Assembly (NCBI GenBank): GCA_001724265.1
Contig: MEDY01000174.1
Location: 1-56,552 of the forward strand
Length of the DNA stretch: 56,552 nt
Direction: 5' to 3'
Source: Rhizaria sp. SCN 62-66
Taxonomy: Eukaryota
Of this stretch, positions 46,001-54,300 are shown piece after piece. Every line of letters starts with the position of its first letter. The first letter of the stretch is position 1. The notes beneath the pieces are model-generated. The model worked only from the letters and a program-made list of their open reading frames with translations, was not told the origin of the DNA and searched no databases. Made by a program: the position numbers and the translations under genes.

Positions 46001-49000
46001 GTTGGCAGAGCCGGACACGCTCGCGGCGGCCGCGCGCGCAGCCGAGGCAGCGGCGAACTTTGCCGCTTGGGCGCTGCTGTCCTGAGTCTTCAACCTCTGC
46101 TGGCCGGCGCCGGCGCTGTTGGCGAGCATGCGGTTCACGATGCCGAGCGTGCAAAAGGTAAGTCGCGTGTCAGCCGCGACGGTGCGCTCATTGCGGACGA
46201 TGTAGCCGACCTCAGCGTGCGTCTGCTTGCGCCCACGCGCGTCGTCGCGGCTCGCATCGCCCGTCTTACGCACCCCGAGCGCCTTGGCGGCCGCGAGCGC
46301 CGTCGCAGACATTCGTGACGCCGGCACCGCGGGTGCGGGCTGCACCAGGGCCCACCCGCCGCCGTCGCCGCCGCCGTCGGCGTCGTCGCCATCTGCGGCG
46401 TCGTCGCCAAACAGCGGCGCGCCGCGCTCCTCCGCGACGCGGCCCGCGAGCGCGACCGTGGCCAGCCGGCGCGGCTCCGTCACCAGCACGCGCACGTCGC
46501 GCCCCGCCGCCATGGCGTGGTCCAGGATGAACTGCGGGAACTGCGTCGACTTGCCCGACCCCGTGGCGCCGGCGACGATGACGACGGGGAACCGCTCCAG
46601 TGCGTCGATGAATGCGTCGCGCGCGGCCATCGCGGGCAGCGCCGTGGGGCGGAACGGGTGCGCGGGCGCGGCTGGGTACGCGGGGCCAGTGTACCGGGAC
46701 CCGTGGAGCACGCGGCCCGGCTCAGGGCGGCCAGACGCAGAGGGCGGCAGCAGCGGCTTCTGATGCAACTGCAGCACCTGCGACGCCGCCAAGGCCGCCT
46801 CGCTGATCGACTGTGCGCAGCTGCCGCCGTCATCGTCACCGCCGCCCTGCGCGGTCTTCTGCGCCGCCGCCGCCGCCAGCAGCACGTCGTGCGGAAACGG
46901 CGGCACCAGCGGGGACGTCTGAGCCGCCTCCGCCTCCGCAGCAGCCGCAGCGGCGGTCGCGGCGGCGGTGTGGTGAGCGGGCGCGAGGGCGAGCGCGGCG
47001 AGCGCGAGGGGCGCGGGCACAAGCGGCAGCAGGCGCGCGTCGTCGTCAAGAACGTCCGGCAGCGCTGCCGTGAGCCGCGCGTGCAGCCGCGCGGGCACTT
47101 GGCCGTCATGGCGACCCGCAGCAGCGCTCGCGCCCGCGCTCGCGTCGTCCGCTGCCCCGTCAGCATCAGCAACAGCAGCAGCGTCGTCGCCGCTGCTGAT
47201 CTCTGCGTCGGGCTTGTCATCGGCCAACGACACGGCGTCGCCGCCGACGATGCCGACGACCTCAGCCTCTGGCACCGCGCTGCCCGACGCGGCGGCGACC
47301 ACTGCGGCGGCCTCGTGCGCCTGCGCCCACCCCGCAGCGACGACGTCGACGGCGCCCAGCCAGCGGCGACGGGCAGCGGCCGTGAAGATGGCGTTGGCGT
47401 TGCGCGCGCCGGGACTCAGCCCCGTGGTCTCTGCGACCATGAGCGAGAAGGCAGCGTAGTCGGCGTGCGAGTACGCCGTCCACGCGCCCGCCGCCGAGGC
47501 CGCGAGCGTGTCGCGCGCGAACGACGCGGCGACGGCGGCGCGCACGGCGGCCGCCGTCGCGGCGGCCTCCTGCAGCACGGGCGCCGCCAGCGCCGTGAGT
47601 GAGTGCGCGTGGACCGACGTGAAGCGGTCGATCAGACGCGCCTGCGCAGGGGAGAGAGCCATGGGCACCATGCCGCCCATCGAGCTGGCCGCAACGGACG
47701 CGCTCAGCTCGGCCACGCGCAAGTCCGCCGCACCGGGGCCCGCGGGCTCATCGTCCATCGCGGTCATCACCATCGTGGGCACCGAAGCCACGGTCGTCGC
47801 CGAGGGCGCCGCAAAGGTCGCCGCCGAGACCGCAGAGGAGACGTCGGCGTCGACGCCGCCGTCGGCGAGGGCGTCAACCATCTCGGCGACCGAGTCCGTG
47901 TCGGCCGCGGCCTCGGACACCGCCGCGGCCGCCTGCGCCGCGTCGGCCACAGCCCGCGGCAGCGCGGGCTCCACGATGACTGAGTACACCAGCGCCACGT
48001 CGGCCGCCACGGACACGGTCTCGGGCGACTGTGCGGATGTCAGACAGCCCGTGCGCAGACACACGCGCAGCTGCGGCGCCTGGCGCTGGCGCTGGCGCTG
48101 GCGCGGGGTACGCCCCGCCTCCGTGCTAGCGTCCTTACCGCCAACCTCAACCTCAACCTCAACCTTAGCATCTGCGTCCGCGTCGGCGTCCGTGTCGGCG
48201 TCGGCGTCAGCGTCGACGTCGGCCTCGAGCAGGCGCTGCAGTGACGACGTGTACGCGGCGGCGGCCTCCGCGGGCGCGGCCCCCGCTGCAACAGCGCGCA
48301 ACGTGTGCGCCAGCCGTGCGCGGCGCGCGGCGCGGGCGGCCATCTCGAGCCCTTCCGCGGGCGCAATGACGCGGACAGAGTAGCCCATGCCGCGCGCGAC
48401 GGCGGCGACGGCGGCGGCCGCGGGCGCGGGCAGCGCCGAGAGCAGCAGCGGCGGCGGCACGGGTACCAGCAGCACGTGCGACGCGCCCGCCGTCTCGGTG
48501 CGGTCACGGCGGAACATGGCCACCGCGTAGGCCGTGAGCGGGGCCACGAACGGCAGCGTCTCCGTCGACAGCGCGAGCGCGAAGGCGTCCCACGTGGACA
48601 GCGGTAGCGACACCGCCGCGGCCGCGCCGCCATGCCCCGCCCCCGCGCCCGCAGTTGCCGCCCCAGCCCCAGAGCCAGCGCCAGCGCCGGAGCCGGGACC
48701 CCCGAGGAGAGTGGGCACTTCGCTGGCGGCGCGCGAGTCCGCGGGCAGCAGCGGGCGCGACTGGCGTGACTTGCCGCCGCCGTCGCTCGTGCTGCGGCGG
48801 GGACTGAGCCTGTCGAGCGCGTCGGCGCCCGTGAGGCAAAGCTTGCTGGCGCGCGGCAGGGCCCACCAGCGCGACACGGCGCCGACCGTGGCGGCCGCGG
48901 GCGGCTGCGGCGCAATGAGCGCGCGCAAGCGCGCCGCAGGCGCGGGCTGCGGCGAGAGCGGGTGCCCCGCGGCGGCGAGCGCCGCGGCAAAACTGGCCCC

Positions 49001-50749
49001 CACGCCTGCGCCCGCGCGCCGCAGCGCCGCGGCGACGGAGCCCGGGCGGTAGGGCGACGGCGCGGCAGCCCCGGACACCACCGCCAGCGAGGACGGCATC
49101 AGCGCGCGCGCGCCGAGGTCCCGCGCGCGCGACAGCGGCATCAGCGGCGCGTCACCCCGCGCGGTGCCCGCAGTGCTTTGGCCGCCACTCGCCGCCGCCG
49201 CAGAAGCCGCAGTAAAGACCTCAGCTTCTTGTGCGAGCGCGGCGGCCTGCTTCAGCGCCGTGCGCCTGTCAAGCTGCTCCGCGTTTGCGTCAGCGTCAGC
49301 GTCAGCGTCAGCGTCGGCGTCGGCGTCGGCGCGCACGGCGGCCTGAGTCGCCCGCAAGGCGGCCTCTGTCGCGCGCTGTGTGGTCGAGCGCGACTGCGCA
49401 ACGCGGAAGGCCTCGGCGTGCTGCGCGGCCGCGGCGGCGAGCGTTTCGACCGTGTCGTGCACCATGCGCGCCGTGGCGCCACGCTGTGCGCCCAGCGTCG
49501 GCGCGCCGGGGTGCTCCGCATTCACCTCCGCGCTCTGCTCAGCTGCAGCTGCGTCGCTCTCTGCGGTAACGGCGTCGCTCTCTGGACTGGCACTGGCGCT
49601 GGCGTAGGGCTGCGGCGGCTGCGGCTGCGACGGCGGCGGAGGCGGCGGGGCGAGGAAAGCGAGGGCGGCGTCCGTGGCGCGTGTGGCCTCGTCTGCCGGC
49701 CGCGCCAGGTCCCCGCCCGGCGCGGCGGCAACGCGTGCGGAGCTGAAGTAGTCGTAGCCGGCCGCGGCGGGGTCCGCCAGTACGAGCTGCTGAGGAGGAG
49801 CCGCGTCCCCTGTGGTTTTGGCCGCTGTCGCCGCGGCAGCTAGCGCGGGGTCGCGGCCCAGCGCAACTGCGGCGAGCGCGTCGCGCAGGGACAGCGCGTC
49901 GAGGTACGCCAGCAGCAGCGGGGAGCGGTCACCGCGCGTGAGGGCGTCCGTCTCCACGGCGAGGTGGCGCGCCGCGGCCGCCGCGAGCGAAGGCGGCACG
50001 CGAGCCAGCGCTTCAGTGACCGCGGCGGCGAGCGCGGCGAGCTCTTCACAGGCGGCCGTAGTGGCGCGCGCGGCGGCAAGACTGCGCAGCTCGGGCGCGT
50101 CAGGGTGCAGCAGGTCGGCCGCGGCGGCGGCGAGCTCGGCCGGGGACAGCCACGACGCAGACACGTCAGCCTCTTTGGTGTTGTCGCTGGTCGCGTCGCT
50201 GGGGTCGTCATCGTCGTTGGGACCGTTCTGCTGCGCGGTGAGGGCGGCGCGCGCGATCTCGGCCAGCACGGGGTCCGACGCGGGCGGCACACCGAGCGCA
50301 CACGAGCCTGCGGGCAGGCGCAGCGGCCGCTCCGAGCCGTCCACGCCGGCGGAGCCGTCGACGTCGGCGCCGCCGTCCACGCCGGCGGGGATGTCAGCGG
50401 CGACAACGGATGTGTGGGGAGCAGCGGCGGCGGCTGCCGCAGCGGTAGCGGCAGCCGGGTCTTTGGACGTGGCCCGCTGCGCGGCGGTGTCTTTGCCGCG
50501 CTGCGCGGCTGTTGTGACACGCTGCGCGACGGTGTCTTTGGACGCGCGGGCTGTGCGCTGGGCCTGGCCAGCAGGGCGCGGTGCGGCGGTGGCTGGGGAC
50601 GCACTCGTGGCAAAGGCCGGGGCCCCGGGCGCGAATGGTCGCGAAGCCCGCGCGACCGCGTGCGCGCGGTCGGCGTGGAGCAGGACCTGGACCGCTACGG
50701 CTTGCCGCAGAAGCTGGTTCACCTGCGCCAGGGACGTCGGGCGCATCAT
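37085..50749 (-). CDS. Giant intronless DEAH/RHA-family RNA helicase (DHX30/DHX36-like core), 4554 aa
   Basis: GATGSGKSTQFPQF (about 46541-46570), TEPRRLAT, VGYIVR, DEVHER (about 45731), MSAT, GRTFPV, GAVLVFAPSW, PLHAML, STNVAETSITIEDVVYVID, QRTGRAGRVQPGYCFRLF, and HA2 LTPLGRLLAALPL. Ends TAA. Confidence 0.88.
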   Translation of the reverse strand: MMRPTSLAQVNQLLRQAVAVQVLLHADRAHAVARASRPFAPGAPAFATSASPATAAPRPAGQAQRTARASKDTVAQRVTTAAQRGKDTAAQRATSKDPAAATAAAAAAAAPHTSVVAADIPAGVDGGADVDGSAGVDGSERPLRLPAGSCALGVPPASDPVLAEIARAALTAQQNGPNDDDDPSDATSDNTKEADVSASWLSPAELAAAAADLLHPDAPELRSLAAARATTAACEELAALAAAVTEALARVPPSLAAAAARHLAVETDALTRGDRSPLLLAYLDALSLRDALAAVALGRDPALAAAATAAKTTGDAAPPQQLVLADPAAAGYDYFSSARVAAAPGGDLARPADEATRATDAALAFLAPPPPPPSQPQPPQPYASASASPESDAVTAESDAAAAEQSAEVNAEHPGAPTLGAQRGATARMVHDTVETLAAAAAQHAEAFRVAQSRSTTQRATEAALRATQAAVRADADADADADADADANAEQLDRRTALKQAAALAQEAEVFTAASAAAASGGQSTAGTARGDAPLMPLSRARDLGARALMPSSLAVVSGAAAPSPYRPGSVAAALRRAGAGVGASFAAALAAAGHPLSPQPAPAARLRALIAPQPPAAATVGAVSRWWALPRASKLCLTGADALDRLSPRRSTSDGGGKSRQSRPLLPADSRAASEVPTLLGGPGSGAGAGSGAGAATAGAGAGHGGAAAAVSLPLSTWDAFALALSTETLPFVAPLTAYAVAMFRRDRTETAGASHVLLVPVPPPLLLSALPAPAAAAVAAVARGMGYSVRVIAPAEGLEMAARAARRARLAHTLRAVAAGAAPAEAAAAYTSSLQRLLEADVDADADADTDADADADAKVEVEVEVGGKDASTEAGRTPRQRQRQRQAPQLRVCLRTGCLTSAQSPETVSVAADVALVYSVIVEPALPRAVADAAQAAAAVSEAAADTDSVAEMVDALADGGVDADVSSAVSAATFAAPSATTVASVPTMVMTAMDDEPAGPGAADLRVAELSASVAASSMGGMVPMALSPAQARLIDRFTSVHAHSLTALAAPVLQEAAATAAAVRAAVAASFARDTLAASAAGAWTAYSHADYAAFSLMVAETTGLSPGARNANAIFTAAARRRWLGAVDVVAAGWAQAHEAAAVVAAASGSAVPEAEVVGIVGGDAVSLADDKPDAEISSGDDAAAVADADGAADDASAGASAAAGRHDGQVPARLHARLTAALPDVLDDDARLLPLVPAPLALAALALAPAHHTAAATAAAAAAEAEAAQTSPLVPPFPHDVLLAAAAAQKTAQGGGDDDGGSCAQSISEAALAASQVLQLHQKPLLPPSASGRPEPGRVLHGSRYTGPAYPAAPAHPFRPTALPAMAARDAFIDALERFPVVIVAGATGSGKSTQFPQFILDHAMAAGRDVRVLVTEPRRLATVALAGRVAEERGAPLFGDDAADGDDADGGGDGGGWALVQPAPAVPASRMSATALAAAKALGVRKTGDASRDDARGRKQTHAEVGYIVRNERTVAADTRLTFCTLGIVNRMLANSAGAGQQRLKTQDSSAQAAKFAAASAARAAAASVSGSANSNSVSADGEDAAATTMGSADLLLDDLAALAVAADHAGAGSSVTMTLAEVAEQSVLRPEDEAYWSAPSSPLVKRVAKALAGISHLVIDEVHERGKDLDLLLLLLRNVHALRPDLKIVLMSATISAEQYAAYFNEPKVTAAATQAIMHAGRVHFAREAAEAEAAARIAVGDVEAAEAALHAVDALAPPAHVTRSGALMVPIDGVDTPCFVAPVIEVEGRTFPVSVRHLHETAELVGYGDAPITQAAVVQGRRDLAIAQAALARIDAYIDLANQPWVAPAFELEGTTEPAIASAALSAGTNSVRLLPPLLVQRAARFSAGHKDLDAVAPPQSAANSGASGASDTEAALAGDAAESNDSAASALAGDAAKRKSDDLDDAGDDGAASASEDDAGLEAAVAAMAYSRTRASDDGDDADEDSSSSELEAADGAAAAVQANVGGSDHESGAPSTTSGSGAARAESEPGLLPLLPSRGMEDPAALLHEVPTPASLAAAIAAIEADYAAAMARARGDTKACDPFSAAAAELVDVRAAKETALPLILRLLRFITRTDAEEGASPHSKSMDDVMPEMAQWESLASLAPSLAAQLLPAGIPAPALGRGLPSLSPEQREALSQAVLPLSAAYAAALRGPLPRQPVLPHPAAVDGEAAVSAALLTAHPLALSRTELLRARVAAERICANRHAAQAHAAARAARADMLLSYGRAAQEAEAASARVDASKSKGGRGDAKSGRGDPNALAKTQNSNNNNGSNGLPQSVAEARAQIAAEGLPPASADVRRFVQQSLPHGAVLVFAPSWEYISFIVEALRAHPVFGDKTRFNVLPLHAMLSRAAQQAVFPPADAENGQWKIIVSTNVAETSITIEDVVYVIDLGLSRDKIYHPESNMTTFSPDFTARSNMLQRTGRAGRVQPGYCFRLFTGALYASMPASRPPELHSSNIDALLLTAKAMSAPPPALLRARRNKHVAAAAAAASSARYGGREQTGFHDEDPDADGDHAPAPENRDEDEDGLDDAAHADVELHNGGGRWDLRGELSHFFARALDPPPEAVVSAAVSSLRQVAALDGLERLTPLGRLLAALPLEAVHGRALLTGLLMGCLDPALTSVAVHQLVPTIAGIVVSTLSSPGGGSDRQRMSRILALYAQNSGSEHVALVNLVHDYLALRDNRARDQFVRSWGLNFSVLRSVVMMRRKMFSSLRSIPALEPLMPPGLEMSHGGVMYSVTLRTAIRNYTNSGDRDRDRKRRGLHGDDSTARGDTVVELYTAGSAPGMLLDGGTENSRVGDSDAVYDGDEIDIGELLQPTPLGVGPMGIVVSGTAAVRAAGAHGVGSLLSGAMLETGQGSSHVAPLFDPSVVLSSSATSQSLSHGALSVAIASATSRIQLAHNKRYAADISAETEQKRSAAALSAATESKKNNINSNDWTKAGATEAELDDDWGAVMSSIYAIEDSAAAIPLTVTQTTTSSPANANINRRDLVQAMLVSAGTLPTALAVRVGKEAVPAPPAPVPAHALAQLRFPVVAASFPPQPPTVSTHSRVPTEQIMSAAPSETAVQDLLKPMNLRAPPVMLVSHDQYLAAAMMPWENRLCVSAAMAVTEQLDSSSEAHRHRARQAGVWYAEPTIMLAGVAPPHTWMASLQRVALARYLLAAADEDEARSHDMLKLAQRASANELAMSPALALQDALRVPGSRYRFSNWTWDEDETLLACGQDPNLVHALQTSGAVTVRMTLRGGNFVVPAVPALSLAPTSVDAAVTALRVQARRRRDAAAILSADAVMAMEAASVKEAARSRATAAGRRAVPTLQSWQRPMPRWDSSLVSFSESLHVTTPRVSDITVGPMARDNRLKRTTLPQMSPISERDKASGAGSLVVADDSGETDGTVSSRTLTGAAPISALSYALLGPVDLSSTILTDATTIATAHLRSEAAHHGAVVDAVGYTVVSPRRDNEGVLGDLDEEAWAARRDLALAATLRALSASSAAALPAASVLLSIEPTAATLTEARAAVALWGLDTSLPAAAALDGGARADPADYPCLTAALAHVLPSDEVAVAVRALGAAWCEDLDAVAAVSAAGSTAVGQEHDALLRGELGIAIKGGAPELVVMPMVPPPPPREMHVARAAPGAAAEEWLTMPVLPLEDTPALVWTAVAAAAALSTTQSALSTSAHSASANAQQRGARVSDWLQSMIKSQARTHADHSVMATVAETVRSIVQVSSLSPSARQGRSIMLLLEACRWLALSPQWRALTPPPASVLGAASGLFDLTETLDSATTFIVRDRAAQQDDGLATMLKKFSILDDDAARARQRAKNPAANSGGVRVALHHALLSELEASLSAAAPEGPAARAMMRRLRRLKRLRAAVDVPAEYAPKGSVGATTGAPDTPVEQRIAVPPAAAALVRSWLRHRAALTELIEAAEAAEEQTSASATAAPARAGNNSLSLLSTPDSMVLPLVAPSASAAAGVPLSLGGALRQRLDSLQFAAPPRQSAVAPETDSVRVAPMLTAMLLGPLVRGSGVGATTRGLQRQEYYSDDQGAALPPPQATYALGLPENPSATFMTQRARAPEVHWSRLLLGLVTVRSDAPSFARTLASLDPMHNARDALAATIGGPAVPLGSLGTAMSIRLLMQNLALPSRPIVRATQSTVASVLAHAPVTLSALKGMTTRALAYDYHRHLPSSAFINGIILPELRTRDRARWEPMLTKILQPAYIDNVFTALRAEVTAATAAAADPVSLHTFGSANASARTVRRRTSNTQPLIRLSPWLSAVPAVTGSMPLLPVFSKLRVEPSSEATAALRKQPSAQSTFARVCAMRASMQGLLHAAAVSVSANGKALQRDNVQKQMPLAMVQAFGLKLGSLFDVLLSTGPTPAAQARDASLDAALAQYDRNLRSMHPTPAVASSAAEAARLTPLVPMPRVQLGADGSLDYASTDALVLKRETATGLPLLSSSQAQRLELLLLPPSLFVQGLEMLATRSAQPAHGSTLSRKLPDRKKK

Positions 50750-51379
50750 GGCGGGCGAGCGGGGAGAAAGCTTGTTCAGAAAACAAGCGGGGTGTTAAGG
50801 CTTTGCGATATCAAAGTTATCTAGGGCTGACGCAATCGAAAAAGAGAGATGATCGGACTAAGACTACCGAGAGGCGTACCGTGGAAGGGAGAACAAGAGT
50901 ATGTGAGTGCAGCACGTCGTCTGATGCAATTCTATTTCAATAAGATGTAGAATTTGCGTTCGAGTATCAATAGAAACAAGTTCTTCCTCTATACACCGAA
51001 CGATGATATCGCGGCTTCATATGCAAGTTGGCATCTTTTCCTCGGCCAGTCCAGCCGCCCAAATGTGCCGCGATCGGCAGACTGGCCTCTTAAAATGAAG
51101 CTAGACTACATCAGGGATTCCGACGATAGTGCCATGACCGATATTACTGCTTTTATTTGTCGTTTTTATTATTTTCCGTTTTTTAGCATTAGCTGCGATG
51201 TATGTTCTGCTGTTAGATCACTCGGGAAGCGATCCCACCCACAAGATTCTGTGCGAAGCAGAGCACGGCATCCGCCCCTGTCATCCTAAGATAAACACGT
51301 GATAGAGTTATTTTACGTTTACATGACACCCCGCGCCGTTTTTAAACTCCAATGTTTCTTTACTCTTCCCGGTAGGCGT

Positions 51380-54300
51380 ATGTCTGACTCAAGCGCGCCC
51401 GCTGCAGAGCGGCTCTCAGCGGAGGAGCTTCGCGCGGAGCAGGCCTTGACAGGTCGCCGCATTCCGAACCCGCCGCCACACGCGCACCCGCAGGACATGG
51501 TGGACGTCCTGTTCCCACACTACCGGGCCGCGCTGGGCCGTCCCGCGCGCTCGCGCCGCAACCTGCTGCTGGCGTCGGCCTCGGGCCCGCAGATGGCGCC
51601 CTTTGTGCTCACCAAGGGCCTCGTTGCTTCGCTGCTCGCCGGCGCTGAGCGCATTATCGACTCACTGCCGCCCAAGTCCGCTGCCTCTGCTGCTGAGCCC
51701 ACACAGAACACAGAGCAGACAACATCAACTCGCCCTGACGACTTCGCCACCGAGTCTGCACCCGAGTCCAGTGCGTCCGCTGCTGACGCTGCTGCGTCCT
51801 CATCGTCGTCGGCTTCGTCCACTGCCGCTGCGCCGGCAGCGTCTTCGTCGAAGGCTGCGAACGTGGCTCTTAAGACCGCGGGGCGCACGGCGGCGGCGCA
51901 GGCGGGCCGGTGGCTGAGCAAGGCCGACTGGGTCCCCGGCACCGTCTCGTGGCCGCGCGCGGCCTGGCTTGCGCTCGCGCTCCGCAGCGCCTGCCACGAC
52001 ACGCACCCGCGCGCGCCGCCGCCGCCGCGGGCCGACGCGCCGGGCGCGGTGGATCTGCGCCAGGCCGTGGTCTTCGTGTCGGACGAGGTCGCCGCCGCGT
52101 GCGCGGTGACTGGCGAGGACGCCGTCGCCAAGGCCGCGGGCACTGCATGGAGCTGCGACGACCTCGTCGTCATTCCCACCCCCACAGCCCCCACAGCCCC
52201 CGCAGCTGCCGCAGCCGCCGCCACCGCCGCTCATGCTGCGACTGGCAGCGCTGCCGAGACGACTGAGACGGCTGCAGCTGACGCGACGGCTGACGCGACT
52301 ACTCCTGTCACTGCTGCTGTTGCTGCTGTTGTTGTAGCTGACGCTGCTGCTGAGCCTGCAGTGTCAGTGCCTCTGGCGCCCGCGCCGCCCGCGTCCTGGA
52401 CTGAGTGGGCGTCCCTGTACAACTCCGTTCCCGGCCGCCTCGTCATCGCGGTGACCGAGACCGTGCGCGCGCCCCGCGGCTGGCTGTTGCTGCACCCCGC
52501 CGTCTCGGCCTGCGCGCTGCCCGACGCGCGCGCGGTGCGGGCCCTGCTCCCTGCGCTCTGCGCCCGCGCGCGCGCGCTGCTACTGGCGGAGCCCTACGTG
52601 CCCGACTGCGCGCCGGCCCGCGCCGCGCTGCCGCCGCCGCCCGCCATCGCCACCGCAGGTACCGCAGGCGTGCCGCTCGCGCTCGCGGGGCTGGGCGCGG
52701 CGGTCGGCCCCGCGACGCAGGCCGCGCAGGACGCGTTCGCGCGCGCCTCGGAGCGCAGCTGGGTCCACGCAGAGACCATGGACGCCGCTAGTGCGAGCAC
52801 GCGCGCAGCCGCAGACGCAGACGCGGCGGCAAGTGCAGCCAGTGCGGCCCAGGGCGAGGCCGCCGCCGCGGCCCTGGCGGCGCGCGACGTGAGTGATCAC
52901 GGCAACGCACACAACAACAGCAGCAGTGAGGGCGGCGCGTTCGCCAAGTTCCGCTTCGCGCTGCCGCCCGCTATGCTGACCCGTCTGTCGCGGTCGCGGT
53001 GCCCGAACCCGCGCGGCGCGTGTCCGTTCGGCGCTAAGCCCGTGCACCTGTACTGCCCGGAGTGCCGCGTCCCCGCACTGCCCCCGGCGGAGCTGACGCC
53101 GCTGCTCGAGGCAGCGCAGGCCGAAGCCGAGGCCGAGTCTAGCTCCAGCAACGGTTCCTCGGCAGCGAACACCATCCCTCACAGTAGCGCAGAGACTGAG
53201 GAGGAGGAGAGCGCTGTTGCGGCCGGCGACCGAAAGCGCCGCCGCGTGGCTTCCAGCGACGACCCCACCACCACTGCTGCACCTGCGCCTGCGAGTGCAA
53301 GTGCGCGCAGTGCGAGTGAGACTGCGACGCCTGCCGGCCTGTCCGGGCTGCAGCAGGAGCTGTGGCCGCACCGCCGCGCGCTGCTGCGCCTCTTCGGCCC
53401 CGCTCGCGCCGCGGGCGCCGCGCCCGCGCCGCTGCTGGGGCCGCGCGCCCTGCCCGTCTGCGTGACGCTGGTGCACCACTGGCAGGAGAAGCTGACCAAG
53501 TCCACAGGGCTCCACGGCTGCGTGCTGGCACCGGCGCAGTGCGAGCTCAACGCGCACCCCGAGGAAGTGCCGCCGTTCGACCCGGCGACCACGGTCGTGC
53601 TGTATCCGTCCGCGGACGCCTGCGCCATCGACGACGACCTCAACCCCGTCTCTGTCGCCGACAACAGCGCAGATAGCAAGAACGCCAGCGCCCCTGTAGC
53701 TGAGGCTGCATCTGCGTCTTCTGCGTCTGCGCCTGTTGCTATGGACGACGATGACAACAAAGACGGTGACAAAGAGAGTGGCGCGAAGGATGACGGCGCA
53801 GCAGATGATAACTTGCTGCAGCGTAGCCACGGATACGCTGGCCTGCGCGCCCCAGTCGTGCAGATGACGCAACAGGCGCGCGGCACCACGGTCGACTGGG
53901 GCCGCGTTACGCGGCTTGTCTTATTGGAAGCGACGTGGCAGAAGGCGCCCGGCATGATTCTGCACCCGCACCTGCGCGATTTGCCGCGGGTCAAGCTGGC
54001 CCCGCGCGTGTCGACCTTCTGGCGCCACCAGGAGCTGGGCGCGGCCTATCTGGCCACGGTCGAGGCGGCCTATTACGCGTGTGTCGAGGTTCACGAGCGC
54101 AGGCTTCGCGACGCAGCGCGCGCTAACTCTCACAACGACGCTGCTGTCATTGCTGCTGCGGCTGCGGCTGCGGCTGCTACTGCTGATGCTGATGCGGCTG
54201 CGGCTGCGACCGTGTCTAGCGCTGGCGCTGGCGTCGGCGCGACTGTGCACCCTGCCGCGCGCGCGGACACTGCGGTCGCGACCCAGTACCGCGGCCAGTT

